A stretch of DNA of 64,000 bases, taken from an uncultured Acidimicrobiales bacterium. GTDB lineage: Bacteria > Actinomycetota > Acidimicrobiia > Acidimicrobiales > Aldehydirespiratoraceae. The position numbers and the translations under genes were made by a program. The notes under the pieces are model-generated. The model searched no databases. It saw nothing but the letters and a program-made list of their open reading frames with translations, and had not been told where the DNA came from. Positions 48,746-58,525 of the stretch are shown piece by piece. Numbering within the stretch: position 1 is the first letter of the stretch; every line of letters starts with the position of its first letter. The stretch is from positions 6,233 through 70,232 of the forward strand of contig CAJQPN010000017.1 of NCBI GenBank assembly GCA_905480195.1, read 5' to 3'.

Positions 48746-49650
48746 AGCGTCCTCCCTCCCTTCCGGAAGTACACGACAGTGGCAGCCAGCATGATCGCCA
48801 TCAAGACGAAAGACATCGCAGCACCGAACGGCCAGTTCCGTGCGGTCAGGAACTGGGTGACGATGTAACTTCCCAGCAATGTCGTCTTGGCTCCGCCAAG
48901 GATCTCGGGCGTGACGTAGGCGCCAAGGCTCGGAATGAAGCAGAGAATCGACCCGGCGATCACCCCGGGCATCGACAGCGGCAACAGCACGTGCCGGAAC
49001 GACTGGAAGCCATTCGCGTAGAGATCACGACTCGCCTCGAGTAGTCGCCGGTCGATTCGCTCGATCGCTGCGTACAACGGAAGGATCATGAACGGCAGGA
49101 AGCCGTAGACGAGCCCCAAGACGACCGCGGTCTGGGTGAACAGATACTCGTGCTCCCCGAGACCGACGAACTCGGTAGTTTTCGTTAGCGGACCGTCGTT
49201 GCCGAGGATGACTCGCCACGCGTAATTGCGAACCAAGAAGTTGGTCCAGAACGGGATCATCACGAAGACCAGCATCACGTTGCGTACCCGCAGACTTCTC
49301 GTCGCTAGGTAGTAGGCGAACGGGTAGCCGATCACGAGACAGATGACCGTGGTGAGCGCTGCCAACCAGACGGAGCGAAAGAAGATCTCGCGGACGAGTG
49401 GCTCGGCCAACTTGACATAGCTGTCGACGTTCCAACCCGAGAGATCGGTACCGCCGAAACGGTTGCGGGTCGCGAACGAGTAAACGACGACGATGACGAG
49501 AGGTACTGCGAAGAACAGCGTGAGGTAGCCGAATTCCGGCAGTGCCAACAGGAATCCCCGTCGTCGTTCCTGGCGCTCTGCAGCCGCCTCGAACTCCGGC
49601 GTTACCTCAAGGACCTCTTCATCGGCCTCGGGCGCCTCCACAGCTGTCAT
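48742..49650 (-). CDS. potB: Polyamine ABC permease (PotB-like)
   Basis: PFWTNFLVR, LPFMILPLY, EASRDLYA, NWPFGAA. Confidence 0.88.
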   Translation of the reverse strand: MTAVEAPEADEEVLEVTPEFEAAAERQERRRGFLLALPEFGYLTLFFAVPLVIVVVYSFATRNRFGGTDLSGWNVDSYVKLAEPLVREIFFRSVWLAALTTVICLVIGYPFAYYLATRSLRVRNVMLVFVMIPFWTNFLVRNYAWRVILGNDGPLTKTTEFVGLGEHEYLFTQTAVVLGLVYGFLPFMILPLYAAIERIDRRLLEASRDLYANGFQSFRHVLLPLSMPGVIAGSILCFIPSLGAYVTPEILGGAKTTLLGSYIVTQFLTARNWPFGAAMSFVLMAIMLAATVVYFRKGGRTL

Positions 49651-50711
49651 CAGTCGGTCACCACCGAGATGGCGGACGGGTCCCAACTGATCGACACATC
49701 GGTGCCCGGCTCGCAGACCTGCATTCCGGGCCGGTTCTCCTCCCGTACCTCCATGGTCATCCAGTCGAGCCGTATGTCGTACACGCGGGCGTTGCCGAGG
49801 TAGGTGATCCGCTCGACGATCCCATCGACAGAGGTTTCCCCCGGCGGAATATCTCCCCGGTCTCGAATGTGCGCTCGTTCGGGCCGGAGACTGACGGCCA
49901 CCGCAGTGCCGGTGGCGTGCTCACTCGGTGCAGCTACCCGGGCTCCGTTGGCGAGACAGACCGTGTCGTGGTTCTCGACGGTACCTTCGAGCAGATTTGT
50001 TTGGCCGATGAAGTTTGCGACGAACCGATTGACAGGCTTTTCGTAGATTTCCTCCGGCGTAGCAACCTGGAGAAGGCGGCCTTCATTCATCACGGCGATC
50101 CGATCGCTCATTGTGAGCGCTTCTTCTTGGTCATGGGTGACAAAGACGAAGCTGATGCCGAGTTCCTCTTGGAGCCGCTTGAGCTCTCCTTGCATCTCCT
50201 GGCGCAGTTTGAGATCAAGCGCACCGAGCGGCTCGTCGAGCAACAGCACCTTCGGCCTGTTGACGAGTGCTCGAGCCAGCGCCACGCGTTGCTGCTGGCC
50301 ACCCGACATCTGGGTCGGCCTACGCGCTTCGAGGCCGGCGAGCTGCACCGTGGTGATCATCTCACGGGCAGCCGCGCGAGCCTCGGCCTTCCCCACGCTG
50401 CTCATCTTCAAACCGAAGGCGACGTTGTCGAGCACGTTCATGTGGGGGAACAGCGCGTAGTTCTGAAAGACGGTGTTGACGGGTCGCTTGTTCGGAGGCA
50501 GCGTTCCGACCTCATCGCCGAAGATCTTGAGGCTGCCCTCGGTCGGAAAGTCGAGACCGGCGATCATGCGAAGCGTCGTGGTCTTGCCGCAGCCGGAAGG
50601 ACCGAGCAATGCAAAGAACTCGCCGTCTTCGATGACGAGATCAATGGCGTCGACCGCGACAACGTCGCCGAATCGCTTCGTAATCGCTGTGAGTTCAACA
50701 GCTGCGGACAT
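49650..50711 (-). CDS. potA: Polyamine ABC ATP-binding protein (PotA-like)
   Basis: [36 protein letters not shown]-terminal TOBE region. Confidence 0.9.
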   Translation of the reverse strand: MSAAVELTAITKRFGDVVAVDAIDLVIEDGEFFALLGPSGCGKTTTLRMIAGLDFPTEGSLKIFGDEVGTLPPNKRPVNTVFQNYALFPHMNVLDNVAFGLKMSSVGKAEARAAAREMITTVQLAGLEARRPTQMSGGQQQRVALARALVNRPKVLLLDEPLGALDLKLRQEMQGELKRLQEELGISFVFVTHDQEEALTMSDRIAVMNEGRLLQVATPEEIYEKPVNRFVANFIGQTNLLEGTVENHDTVCLANGARVAAPSEHATGTAVAVSLRPERAHIRDRGDIPPGETSVDGIVERITYLGNARVYDIRLDWMTMEVREENRPGMQVCEPGTDVSISWDPSAISVVTD

Positions 50712-51163
50712 CAGTTGGTTCCCCAAGCGTAATTCTGCTGCACCATCCGCAGATAGGTCATGATTTCTACATCGCTGACGGCATCGGTGTCGCGGATCTG
50801 GTCACTCACTTCGAGCAGGTGTTTACGATCGCGACACACGATCTCGGCGAGAACGTCGAAGCGACCCGTCGCGACGACGGTGTAGTCAACAGACTCGATC
50901 TGACTGATCTTCTCGGCGGTGGCGTCAACCGCACCCGACACCTTGATACCGAGCATCGCCTGGAATGGATACCCGAGAGAGACAGGGTCGGTGACTGCCA
51001 CGATTTGGATGACGCCCCGATCTTGGAGTCGGTTGACCCGCTGACGGACGGCGGCCTCGCTGAGCCCAACCTGCGGTGCAAGTCGCGAGTAGGCGGCCCG
51101 GCCATCGACCTGGAGTTCCCGGATGATCGCCTTGTCGATTTCGTCGATGTCGAAGGAAGCCAT
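50711..51163 (-). CDS. Lrp/AsnC family regulator
   Basis: [32 protein letters not shown]. Confidence 0.9.
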   Translation of the reverse strand: MASFDIDEIDKAIIRELQVDGRAAYSRLAPQVGLSEAAVRQRVNRLQDRGVIQIVAVTDPVSLGYPFQAMLGIKVSGAVDATAEKISQIESVDYTVVATGRFDVLAEIVCRDRKHLLEVSDQIRDTDAVSDVEIMTYLRMVQQNYAWGTN

Positions 51164-52527
51164 TATCGAAAACGTTCCATTTCCCCCATGGCCTCTGTGA
51201 GGGCCTGACGGATGACCTGGTTCATGGTGTCGAACTCCGCCTGGCCTGCGATCAGCGGCGGTGACAGCTGAATCACCGGCTCTCCGCGAGCATCAGCTCG
51301 ACACAACAGACCGAGTTCAGCGAGGCGATTCGACAGAAACGATCGCAACAGGTGATGGGCCTCTGCAGCGGTGAAGGTCTCCTTCGTTCCTTTGTCCTTC
51401 ACCAGTTCGATTCCGTAGAAGTAGCCCATCCCACGCACGTCACCAACGATCGGCAGGTCGCTGAGATCGTCAAGTGCAGCCCGGAACGACGCCTCGTTTT
51501 CCAACACATTGCCGCAGAGACCGTCTCGCTCGAAAAGGTCGAGGTTGGCGAGCGCCACCGCACACGAGACGGGATGACCGGCGAAGGTGTACCCGTGGAG
51601 GAACTGCTCGTCGGTGTCGGCGAACGGTTCGGCGATCTTGTCGCTCACGAGCATGGCGCCGAGCGGGGCGTACCCAGACGTGAGCCCTTTGGCTGAGGTG
51701 ACGATGTCGGGCTGATAGCCGAGGCGCTCACAACCAAACATCGTGCCGAGGCGCCCGTAGGCGCAGATCACCTCGTCGGAGACGAGCAGCACGCCATACG
51801 TGTCGCAGATCTCACGAACCCGTTGGAAGTACCCATCAGGAGGCACGAAACAGCCGCCTGCGTTCTGCACCGGTTCGAGAAAGACCGCGGCGATGGTCTC
51901 GGGCCCCTCACGCAGAATGGCCTGCTCGATCTCTTCGGCAAAGTACGAATCGTCGGCTGCGTGGGGCGGCAAACGGTAGCTGTTGGTGGCAGGCACCTTG
52001 ATCGCACCTGGAACGAGCGGCTCGAACATGCCCTTTACCGAGGCCAAGCCGGTGATCGACAACGCACCCATCGTGACGCCGTGATAACTGAGATCACGGC
52101 TGATCGCCTTCGTGCGAAGCGGCTCACCCTTGGCCTTGAAGTACTGACGAGCGAGCTTCCACGCCGACTCGACCGCCTCCGAACCTCCACTGGTGAAGAA
52201 CACCCTGTTCAGATCGCCGGGCGCAAGGTGGGCGAGGCGAGCGGCGAGGTGGACCGCCGCCGGGTGTGCATACGTCCAGATCGGGAAGAACGCAAGGGTC
52301 TCGGCCTGGGCGCCTGCTGCGGCAGCGAGTTCGGACCGGCCGTATCCGGCCTGGGTGGTGTAGAGCCCTGCGAGGCCGTCGAGGTAGCGCTTGCCCGTCG
52401 TATCCCAGACATAGCAGCCTTCACCTCGCTCGATGACTGTCATGCCGTCAACACTGCGACCGAGGCTCGAGAACTGACCCCACAGATGCCGGTTTGCCAG
52501 CTCGGCTAGTTCGACGTTCGACGTCAC
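51163..52527 (-). CDS. Class III PLP aminotransferase (putrescine/omega-amine type)
   Basis: YLDGLAGL, SGGSEA, YHG, EPVQNAGG, DEVICAYGR, AKGLTSGY, HGYTFAGHP; GGAGG RBS before GTG 52527. Confidence 0.9.
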   Translation of the reverse strand: MTSNVELAELANRHLWGQFSSLGRSVDGMTVIERGEGCYVWDTTGKRYLDGLAGLYTTQAGYGRSELAAAAGAQAETLAFFPIWTYAHPAAVHLAARLAHLAPGDLNRVFFTSGGSEAVESAWKLARQYFKAKGEPLRTKAISRDLSYHGVTMGALSITGLASVKGMFEPLVPGAIKVPATNSYRLPPHAADDSYFAEEIEQAILREGPETIAAVFLEPVQNAGGCFVPPDGYFQRVREICDTYGVLLVSDEVICAYGRLGTMFGCERLGYQPDIVTSAKGLTSGYAPLGAMLVSDKIAEPFADTDEQFLHGYTFAGHPVSCAVALANLDLFERDGLCGNVLENEASFRAALDDLSDLPIVGDVRGMGYFYGIELVKDKGTKETFTAAEAHHLLRSFLSNRLAELGLLCRADARGEPVIQLSPPLIAGQAEFDTMNQVIRQALTEAMGEMERFR

Positions 52528-52576
52528 GGTTATCCCTCCAGCTCGCCACGGATTCAACACCACACCACCATCACCC

Positions 52577-52593
52577 GCAACCGAATCGGTTGC
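52577..52593. promoter_or_regulatory. Perfect palindrome in the divergent promoter (candidate Lrp/AsnC operator)
   Basis: GCAACCGA-A-TCGGTTGC between the divergent aminotransferase and GNAT starts. Confidence 0.55.
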
Positions 52594-52626
52594 ATACGTC
52601 GGCTGCGGGGCACAGAATCGGCGTTC

Positions 52627-53244
52627 ATGGGTGAGCTGCAGTACGTCAATCTCTCCGTCGAGTACGCCGAGGAACTCGAAGAACTCGAACTCGCGGTCTT
52701 CTCCACGATCAACCCGGTCGACCTCTACGACGCGGCCGAACTCCGCACACTCGCTTCGGTCTTTCCCGAGGGAAATTTCGTAGCCCTCGATCAAGGCAGA
52801 CCCATCGGCATGGGACTCGGCATCCTGACCAACTTCGACTTCGAGCACACCCAACACTCCCTAGCTGAGGTGGGTGGTACTGAACTCCACGACCCCGACG
52901 CGGATTGGTACTACGGCACCGACATCTCGGTGTATCCCGAGTACCGCGGTCGAGGGGTCGGGCGCCGACTCTACGAGCTTCGCAAGGACTGCGTGCGATC
53001 ACTCGGCAAGCGAGGCATCGTCGCCGGCGGAGTCATCCCCGGCTTCGCAGACCACATCGACTTCATGAGTGCCCAGGAGTACATCGACAAGGTCGTGGCT
53101 GGCGACCTCTACGACCCGACGCTCACCTTCCAGTTGGAGAACGGCTTTCAGGCCTGCGGCGTGATCGAGAACTACCTCGACGATGCATCGGTCGGCAACA
53201 ACTCGGTGCTCATCGTGTGGGAGAATCCCGATCACCAGCCATGA
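52627..53244 (+). CDS. GNAT-family N-acetyltransferase
   Basis: FPEG, YYGTDISVYPEYRGRGVGRRLY, DPTLTFQLENGF. Confidence 0.85.
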   Translation: MGELQYVNLSVEYAEELEELELAVFSTINPVDLYDAAELRTLASVFPEGNFVALDQGRPIGMGLGILTNFDFEHTQHSLAEVGGTELHDPDADWYYGTDISVYPEYRGRGVGRRLYELRKDCVRSLGKRGIVAGGVIPGFADHIDFMSAQEYIDKVVAGDLYDPTLTFQLENGFQACGVIENYLDDASVGNNSVLIVWENPDHQP

Positions 53245-53594
53245 CCGACTTCGACACCATCCGTACCCTCACCGCCACCATCGACAGTCTGTTCGACGCG
53301 ATGGAGCCTGACCCGGAAAAGCCTGCCGAACTCGACTCGGTGTGGCGTTTCGCTTCGCTCGGCTCCCGCGCGCTGGAGTCCGGCGTATGGGAAGCCAGCA
53401 CTGCGACCTGGACCGAAGACGAGTATCCCGTGGAGGAGGTCTGTGTCATCTTGGCCGGTCACCTTCGTCTGACTGACGCCGACGGCGCAGCGCACGACCT
53501 CCGCACAGGCGATGCGTTTCACCTCCCCAAAGGCTGGTCGGGAACCTGGGAGGTCGTGGAGGACATGCGCAAGTTCTACGTCATTCTCCCGTGA
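53241..53594 (+). CDS. Cupin-domain protein (DUF861/EutQ-like)
   Basis: SGVWEA, EEVCVILAG, GDAFHLPKGWSGTW..RKFYV. Real start is ATG 53241, overlapping the GNAT stop. Confidence 0.85.
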   Translation: MTDFDTIRTLTATIDSLFDAMEPDPEKPAELDSVWRFASLGSRALESGVWEASTATWTEDEYPVEEVCVILAGHLRLTDADGAAHDLRTGDAFHLPKGWSGTWEVVEDMRKFYVILP

Positions 53595-54982
53595 CCGATC
53601 CGAGCGCTCTTGTCGCCGCTGCGAAGCCTGCGGTGTTCTGGACCGATCGCGGCGATGCGCCAACCCCGGCTGCGCCGCTTCACGGCTCGTCCAGTGCCGA
53701 CCTCTGCATCGTCGGGGGTGGCTTCACTGGCCTCTGGGCAGCGCTTCAGGCCCTCGACGACAACCCGGGGCGACGTGTTGTCGTTCTCGAGGCGGCCGTG
53801 TGCGGCTCGGGCGCGTCGAGCCGCAACGGTGGATTCTGCGACCCCAGCCTGACCCACGGCTTCCTCAACGGCCTGATGCACTGGCCCGACGAGATCCACA
53901 CTCTCGAGCGCCTCGGACGCCAGAACTTCAACGACATGCTCGAGTCGATCGAACGTTTCGCGATCCAAGCTGACGTGCAGCGGGTCGACGAGGTGTCGTT
54001 CGCGACCAGTGAAACCCAACTCCAACGGCAGCGAGAAGAAGCGGAGACGCTGTCGGCCCACGGGGTCGAGCACACACTGCTCGACCAGGTTGCCGCTCAG
54101 GCGATTGCTCGCTCCCCCACCTATCTCGGCGCTCTCACCAGCCCAGGGATCGCCCTCGTCGATCCAGCCCGCCTTGCCTGGGGTCTTCGGCGTGCCGTCC
54201 AAAGCCTGGGCGGCGTGATCTACGATCAATCTCGGGTGACCCAGATCGACGCCGACGAGGAACGGATACGGGTCGGGACCGAGCACGGTGCCATCCATGC
54301 ACAACGCGTCATCGTCGCAACCAACGCATGGGCCGAACCACTCCGACAGATGCGTCGCTACATCGTCCCGGTCTACGACCATGTCTTGATGACCGAACCG
54401 CTCTCGGCGGAGCAGATGGCTGACGTCGGCTGGTCGGGTCGTGAAGGGCTCGCCGATGCCGGAAACCAGTTCCACTATTACCGGCTCACTGCCGACGACC
54501 GAATCCTGTGGGGCGGCTACGACGCGAACTACCACTGGAACAACGGTATGGGCGCCGAGTGTGAGCAGCGGACGGAATCCCACGAACTCCTTGCTCGTCA
54601 CTTCTTCGAAACCTTCCCTCAACTCGAAGGGCTCCGCTTCAGTCACCGCTGGGCCGGGCCAATCGGCACAACGAGCAAGTTCGCGGCCACGTTCGGAACG
54701 ATGCACGGCGAGCGGCTTGCCTGGGTCGGTGGCTACACCGGGCTCGGCGTTGCTGCAAGCCGGTTCGGGGCGGGAGTTGCGCTCGACCTGATCGATGGGC
54801 TTGCCACCGAGCGCTCGATGATCGAAATGGTCCGCCGCCGCCCAATGCCATTTCCGCCTGAGCCGCTCCGATCCCTGGCGATCCGCACGACCCGCAGCGC
54901 CCTCGCCAAGCAGGATGAGACCGGTAAAACCGGGCCGTGGTTGAAACTCCTCGACCGCATCGGCGTCGGCTTTGACAGCTGA
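53591..54982 (+). CDS. FAD-dependent amine oxidase (PuuB-like)
   Basis: IVGGGFTGLW, GASSRNGGF, VDPARLA, HRWAGPI, GYTGLGV. Confidence 0.85.
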   Translation: MTDPSALVAAAKPAVFWTDRGDAPTPAAPLHGSSSADLCIVGGGFTGLWAALQALDDNPGRRVVVLEAAVCGSGASSRNGGFCDPSLTHGFLNGLMHWPDEIHTLERLGRQNFNDMLESIERFAIQADVQRVDEVSFATSETQLQRQREEAETLSAHGVEHTLLDQVAAQAIARSPTYLGALTSPGIALVDPARLAWGLRRAVQSLGGVIYDQSRVTQIDADEERIRVGTEHGAIHAQRVIVATNAWAEPLRQMRRYIVPVYDHVLMTEPLSAEQMADVGWSGREGLADAGNQFHYYRLTADDRILWGGYDANYHWNNGMGAECEQRTESHELLARHFFETFPQLEGLRFSHRWAGPIGTTSKFAATFGTMHGERLAWVGGYTGLGVAASRFGAGVALDLIDGLATERSMIEMVRRRPMPFPPEPLRSLAIRTTRSALAKQDETGKTGPWLKLLDRIGVGFDS

Positions 54983-54985
54983 CGG

Positions 54986-56362
54986 TCAGCTACCGCGCAA
55001 CCAGCGCGACACGCGCATGGCCAACTTCGCCTCCCGGCCGCGGGCTTCACGGGCGTCGGCGCTCGCCATGATCCGGCGGCTGCCGCGAATGCCGATCCAA
55101 CGCAGCGGCTCGGGTTCCCACCGACGTGGCGTCGGTCCCACCCAGGGGAGATCGGTGCGTTCAGACTCTGTCCGGGTGATCAGCTCCGCAAGGGTGCGGC
55201 CTGCTGCGTTGGCGGCTGCAACCCCTTCCCCTACGTAGCCGCCAGCGGCGGCGAAGCCAGCGGCAAGGTCGGCGTGCACGAACGGTGTCCAGTCGCGGGG
55301 CACACCAAGTACACCTCCCCATCGGTGCGTGATCTTGACATCGGCGAGCATCGGGAAGAGGTCAACGAGCGCTTCGTGAACAAGACGGTGTGAATCGGCA
55401 CGCACTTCGCATGCAGGATCAATGCGGGAACCGAAGAGGTACGGTACGCCGCGCCCACCGAAGGCAATCCGGCCGTCCTCGGTGCGCTGACCATAAATGA
55501 CCATGTACCGATCATCGGAGAAGGTCGGGCGATCATCGAGGCCGATCTCGGCCCATTGATGGTCGGTGAGCGGTGCGGTCGCGAGCATGCGGCTGTAGGT
55601 GGGCACGAGGTCACGTCGCCGTCCGGCGAGATCACGGGTGTAGCCCTCTGTCGCCATGACGACCATGCCTGCACGAACCTCACCGGACTCTCCCACAGCG
55701 CGGCCCACTTCGATCCGGTCGATCGGAGAACGCTCCATGATTGCGACGCCCGCAGCCTCGCAGGCCGCTGCCAGCCCGGCGACGAGTCGGGCTGGGTCGA
55801 CTGCGGCACAGTGCGCGAAGAAGAGCCCGCCGTGCACTGCGGTGGCGCCACACATCGCCTCGGCCTCCGGAACCGACAGCAACCGCAGATCGTCATCGGA
55901 GAACCCGAGTTCGAGGTGATGCTCAACCTCTTCGACCTGGCGGTCTCGCTGGAAGCGATTCCGGGCGAGACGAATGTTGCCTCCCTTTGCGTAGCCGCAG
56001 TCGATTCCTTCGGTGGCGACAACGCGACCGATCTCGTCGACGGCTGCGAAGACTTCGCGCGTCAGGCGAAGTGCACCATCGAGCGAGCTGCGGGCCGCGT
56101 ACTTTTCGACACCTGCGGCCAACTCGCCAACCGCCCAACCCCCATTTCGACCCGACGCACCAAACCCGACGTAGTCGCGCTCGAGCACGACGATCTGGAG
56201 TGTGGGATCGAGCTGAGCCAGGTAGTAGGCGGTCCACAGACCCGTGAAACCCCCGCCGATGATCGCCACGTCGGCATCAAGTTCGCCCTGCAACGCCGGG
56301 CGCCTGGGTGATGCGCCGAGCTGATCGAGCCAAAGAGACGGAGCACCAGCCACGTTCACCAC
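54986..56362 (-). CDS. Second FAD-dependent amine oxidase (PuuB-like)
   Basis: IIGGGFTGLW, GASGRNGGW, VDPARL, HRWGGVLG, GYVGEGV, WEPEPLRW. Start approximate. Confidence 0.85.
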   Translation of the reverse strand: MVNVAGAPSLWLDQLGASPRRPALQGELDADVAIIGGGFTGLWTAYYLAQLDPTLQIVVLERDYVGFGASGRNGGWAVGELAAGVEKYAARSSLDGALRLTREVFAAVDEIGRVVATEGIDCGYAKGGNIRLARNRFQRDRQVEEVEHHLELGFSDDDLRLLSVPEAEAMCGATAVHGGLFFAHCAAVDPARLVAGLAAACEAAGVAIMERSPIDRIEVGRAVGESGEVRAGMVVMATEGYTRDLAGRRRDLVPTYSRMLATAPLTDHQWAEIGLDDRPTFSDDRYMVIYGQRTEDGRIAFGGRGVPYLFGSRIDPACEVRADSHRLVHEALVDLFPMLADVKITHRWGGVLGVPRDWTPFVHADLAAGFAAAGGYVGEGVAAANAAGRTLAELITRTESERTDLPWVGPTPRRWEPEPLRWIGIRGSRRIMASADAREARGREAKLAMRVSRWLRGS

Positions 56363-56375
56363 GCTGCCACAGCCA

Positions 56376-57014
56376 TCAGAAATGGAAAAGCACCTGCTCG
56401 AGCGGGTGTTCGGGATCGACGAGGTGGAAGTCGCACCCTGCAGCCGCAGCCGCTCTTCGATCGGTCTCGCTATCACCGACGAACAGCACCTCGGTGATCG
56501 CTACGCCTGCTCGTCGGGCCGACTCGTGAAGCATGCCGGGCTCGGGTTTGACACCGAAGCCCGAGTCGTAGCCCAGCACGCTGGCGAAGTGGCTACGCCA
56601 TCCAAGGTGTTCGAGTTGGCGGTCGGTCGCCACGACACTGTCATTGGTCGCCACGCCCTGCCAGATCCTGCGACCGGTGAGTGTCGCCAATACCTGATCG
56701 GTTGCATCGAAGGGGACGGCATGGCGAACTGCGAGGTCCTCGGTCAGTGATTCGAGACTCACCAACACGTCAGCCACAGGCTCGTGAATCGCCGACGCGA
56801 TCGCCTCGGCGATTTCTGCGTTGCTGCCGGCGATGACCACCGAATCGGCGGCGAGAGACGCCGTTTCGAGGTCGAGCGACAGAGCAGCGGACGCCGCTGC
56901 CGCGGCTTCGCCCGCCACGGCCGGAATCACCTGGGCGAACACTGGACCCCAGGTGAGATGGACATCGATGAGAGTGCCGTCTTTGTCGAAGACCACAGCC
57001 CGATAGCGCGTCAC
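56376..57014 (-). CDS. HAD-family hydrolase (phosphoglycolate phosphatase-like)
   Basis: FDKDGTL, ATND, KPEPG, VGDSETD. Confidence 0.85.
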   Translation of the reverse strand: MTRYRAVVFDKDGTLIDVHLTWGPVFAQVIPAVAGEAAAAASAALSLDLETASLAADSVVIAGSNAEIAEAIASAIHEPVADVLVSLESLTEDLAVRHAVPFDATDQVLATLTGRRIWQGVATNDSVVATDRQLEHLGWRSHFASVLGYDSGFGVKPEPGMLHESARRAGVAITEVLFVGDSETDRRAAAAAGCDFHLVDPEHPLEQVLFHF

Positions 57015-57045
57015 GCGGGGAGCGTACGCCGTACAGTGCGCGGCG

Positions 57046-58077
57046 ATGCTTACGACGACCATCGGTGCGTTCCCGAAACCCGATTCGATCCCGTTGACGG
57101 ACTGGTTCACCAAGCAGCATGGCAACTACACCGCCACGTATCTCGATGAACTCGCCTCGACGACCGATGAAGCGCTCGACGCAGCCGTTCACGACGTCGT
57201 GACGGCTCAGGTCGACGCCGGCATCGATATTCCTACCGACGGTGAGATCCGCCGTGAGAATTACATCCACTACCTCTGCCGCCACCTGGCGGGGATCGAC
57301 TTCGAGAATCTCGGTCACCGGATGATCCGAGGCATCACCCCTGCCATGCTGCCGACGATCACCGGACCGATCACGACGACCGGCGACTCGCCGCTACCTC
57401 GCGACTTTCGGGTTGCGCAGACTGCGACCGATCGGCCGGTCAAGATCACACTTCCCGGCCCCATGACGATCATCGATTCGACGATCGACCGCTACTACTT
57501 CGATGATGTTTCACTCGGCGCGGAGCTCGCAGCGGCGATCAACAAACACGTTCTTGCGCTGGCCGGGGCCGGCTGCCGGCATATCCAGATCGACGAGCCG
57601 GTGCTGGCACGGAAGCCTACGGTCGGGCTCGCGCACGGCATCGCCCAACTCGATCGTTGCTTCGACGGCCTTCCCGAAGATGTCACCCGCATCGCTCATG
57701 CGTGCTGTGGGTACCCGAATTACCTCGACCAAGACGACTACGAGAAGGCTGACCGCCATGCCTACCTGGAAGTGGCAGAAGCGCTCGATGCGACGAGCAT
57801 CCAGGTCCTCTCACTCGAAGACGCCCATGCCAACAACGACCTGGCCAAACTGCTCCCGCGTTTCGCTTCGACCACGATCGCCCTCGGCGTGATCGGCATC
57901 GCCCGAAGTCGAGTCGAATCCGTGGCGGAGATCTGCGATCGGCTCGAGGCTGCGCTCGCGTACCTTCCCACCGATCGTCTGATGGCGGCCCCCGACTGCG
58001 GGCTTGGCTATCTCCCGCGCGGCCTTGCCCTGGCAAAGCTGCGAAATCTGACCGAAGCCGCACGCGCCTTCAGTTGA
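57046..58077 (+). CDS. Cobalamin-independent methionine synthase II family (MetE C-terminal domain only)
   Basis: TTIGAFPKP, TDGEIRR, PGPMT, QIDEP; Zn ligands HACCG and PDCGLG. Confidence 0.88.
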   Translation: MLTTTIGAFPKPDSIPLTDWFTKQHGNYTATYLDELASTTDEALDAAVHDVVTAQVDAGIDIPTDGEIRRENYIHYLCRHLAGIDFENLGHRMIRGITPAMLPTITGPITTTGDSPLPRDFRVAQTATDRPVKITLPGPMTIIDSTIDRYYFDDVSLGAELAAAINKHVLALAGAGCRHIQIDEPVLARKPTVGLAHGIAQLDRCFDGLPEDVTRIAHACCGYPNYLDQDDYEKADRHAYLEVAEALDATSIQVLSLEDAHANNDLAKLLPRFASTTIALGVIGIARSRVESVAEICDRLEAALAYLPTDRLMAAPDCGLGYLPRGLALAKLRNLTEAARAFS

Positions 58078-58525
58078 TGGCCAGCCGCAGCCGATCGACG
58101 AATAGCCGTTGGTTTTTGGCGAGTAGTCGTGCTGCATCACCCAGCGAAACCCATGCAGCGCGGTCGAGTTCGGGAAACGTCTGGAGAATCCCCGACTTTG
58201 GTGGCCATTCGAGTTCGAACCGGTTCGATTGGATCACCTCGGCGTCGAAGTCACCCGAACGGGCGAAAAGGCGGATCGATTTCCCGTTCGCCTCGATAAC
58301 CCCGAGATCGCAGGTTTCTCCTGCTGGTGCAGGGGCGCCGAGTTCCTCGGCGAATTCTCGCTCAGCGGCGGCAAGTGCCTCCTCGCCGGACTCGATCAGC
58401 CCTTTGGGAAAGGTCCAACCTCCCTCGGCCTTCTTGGCGAAGTAGGGGCCACCCATATGCCCGATCAGCACCTCGATGTCGGTACCGCACCGGCGGTGAA
58501 GCACGAGTCCGACGCTCTCGATCAC
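58070..58525 (-). CDS. NUDIX hydrolase
   Basis: HMGGP, PKG..EREFAEELG, EWPPKSG..FPELDR. Confidence 0.85.
   Translation of the reverse strand: MIESVGLVLHRRCGTDIEVLIGHMGGPYFAKKAEGGWTFPKGLIESGEEALAAAEREFAEELGAPAPAGETCDLGVIEANGKSIRLFARSGDFDAEVIQSNRFELEWPPKSGILQTFPELDRAAWVSLGDAARLLAKNQRLFVDRLRLAIN

Noticed and set aside
51163-52857. 564-aa aminotransferase and 229-aa cupin (52905) as called in the ORF track
   Set aside because: The extensions overlap the GNAT gene; RBS and overlap evidence put the starts at 52527 and 53241.
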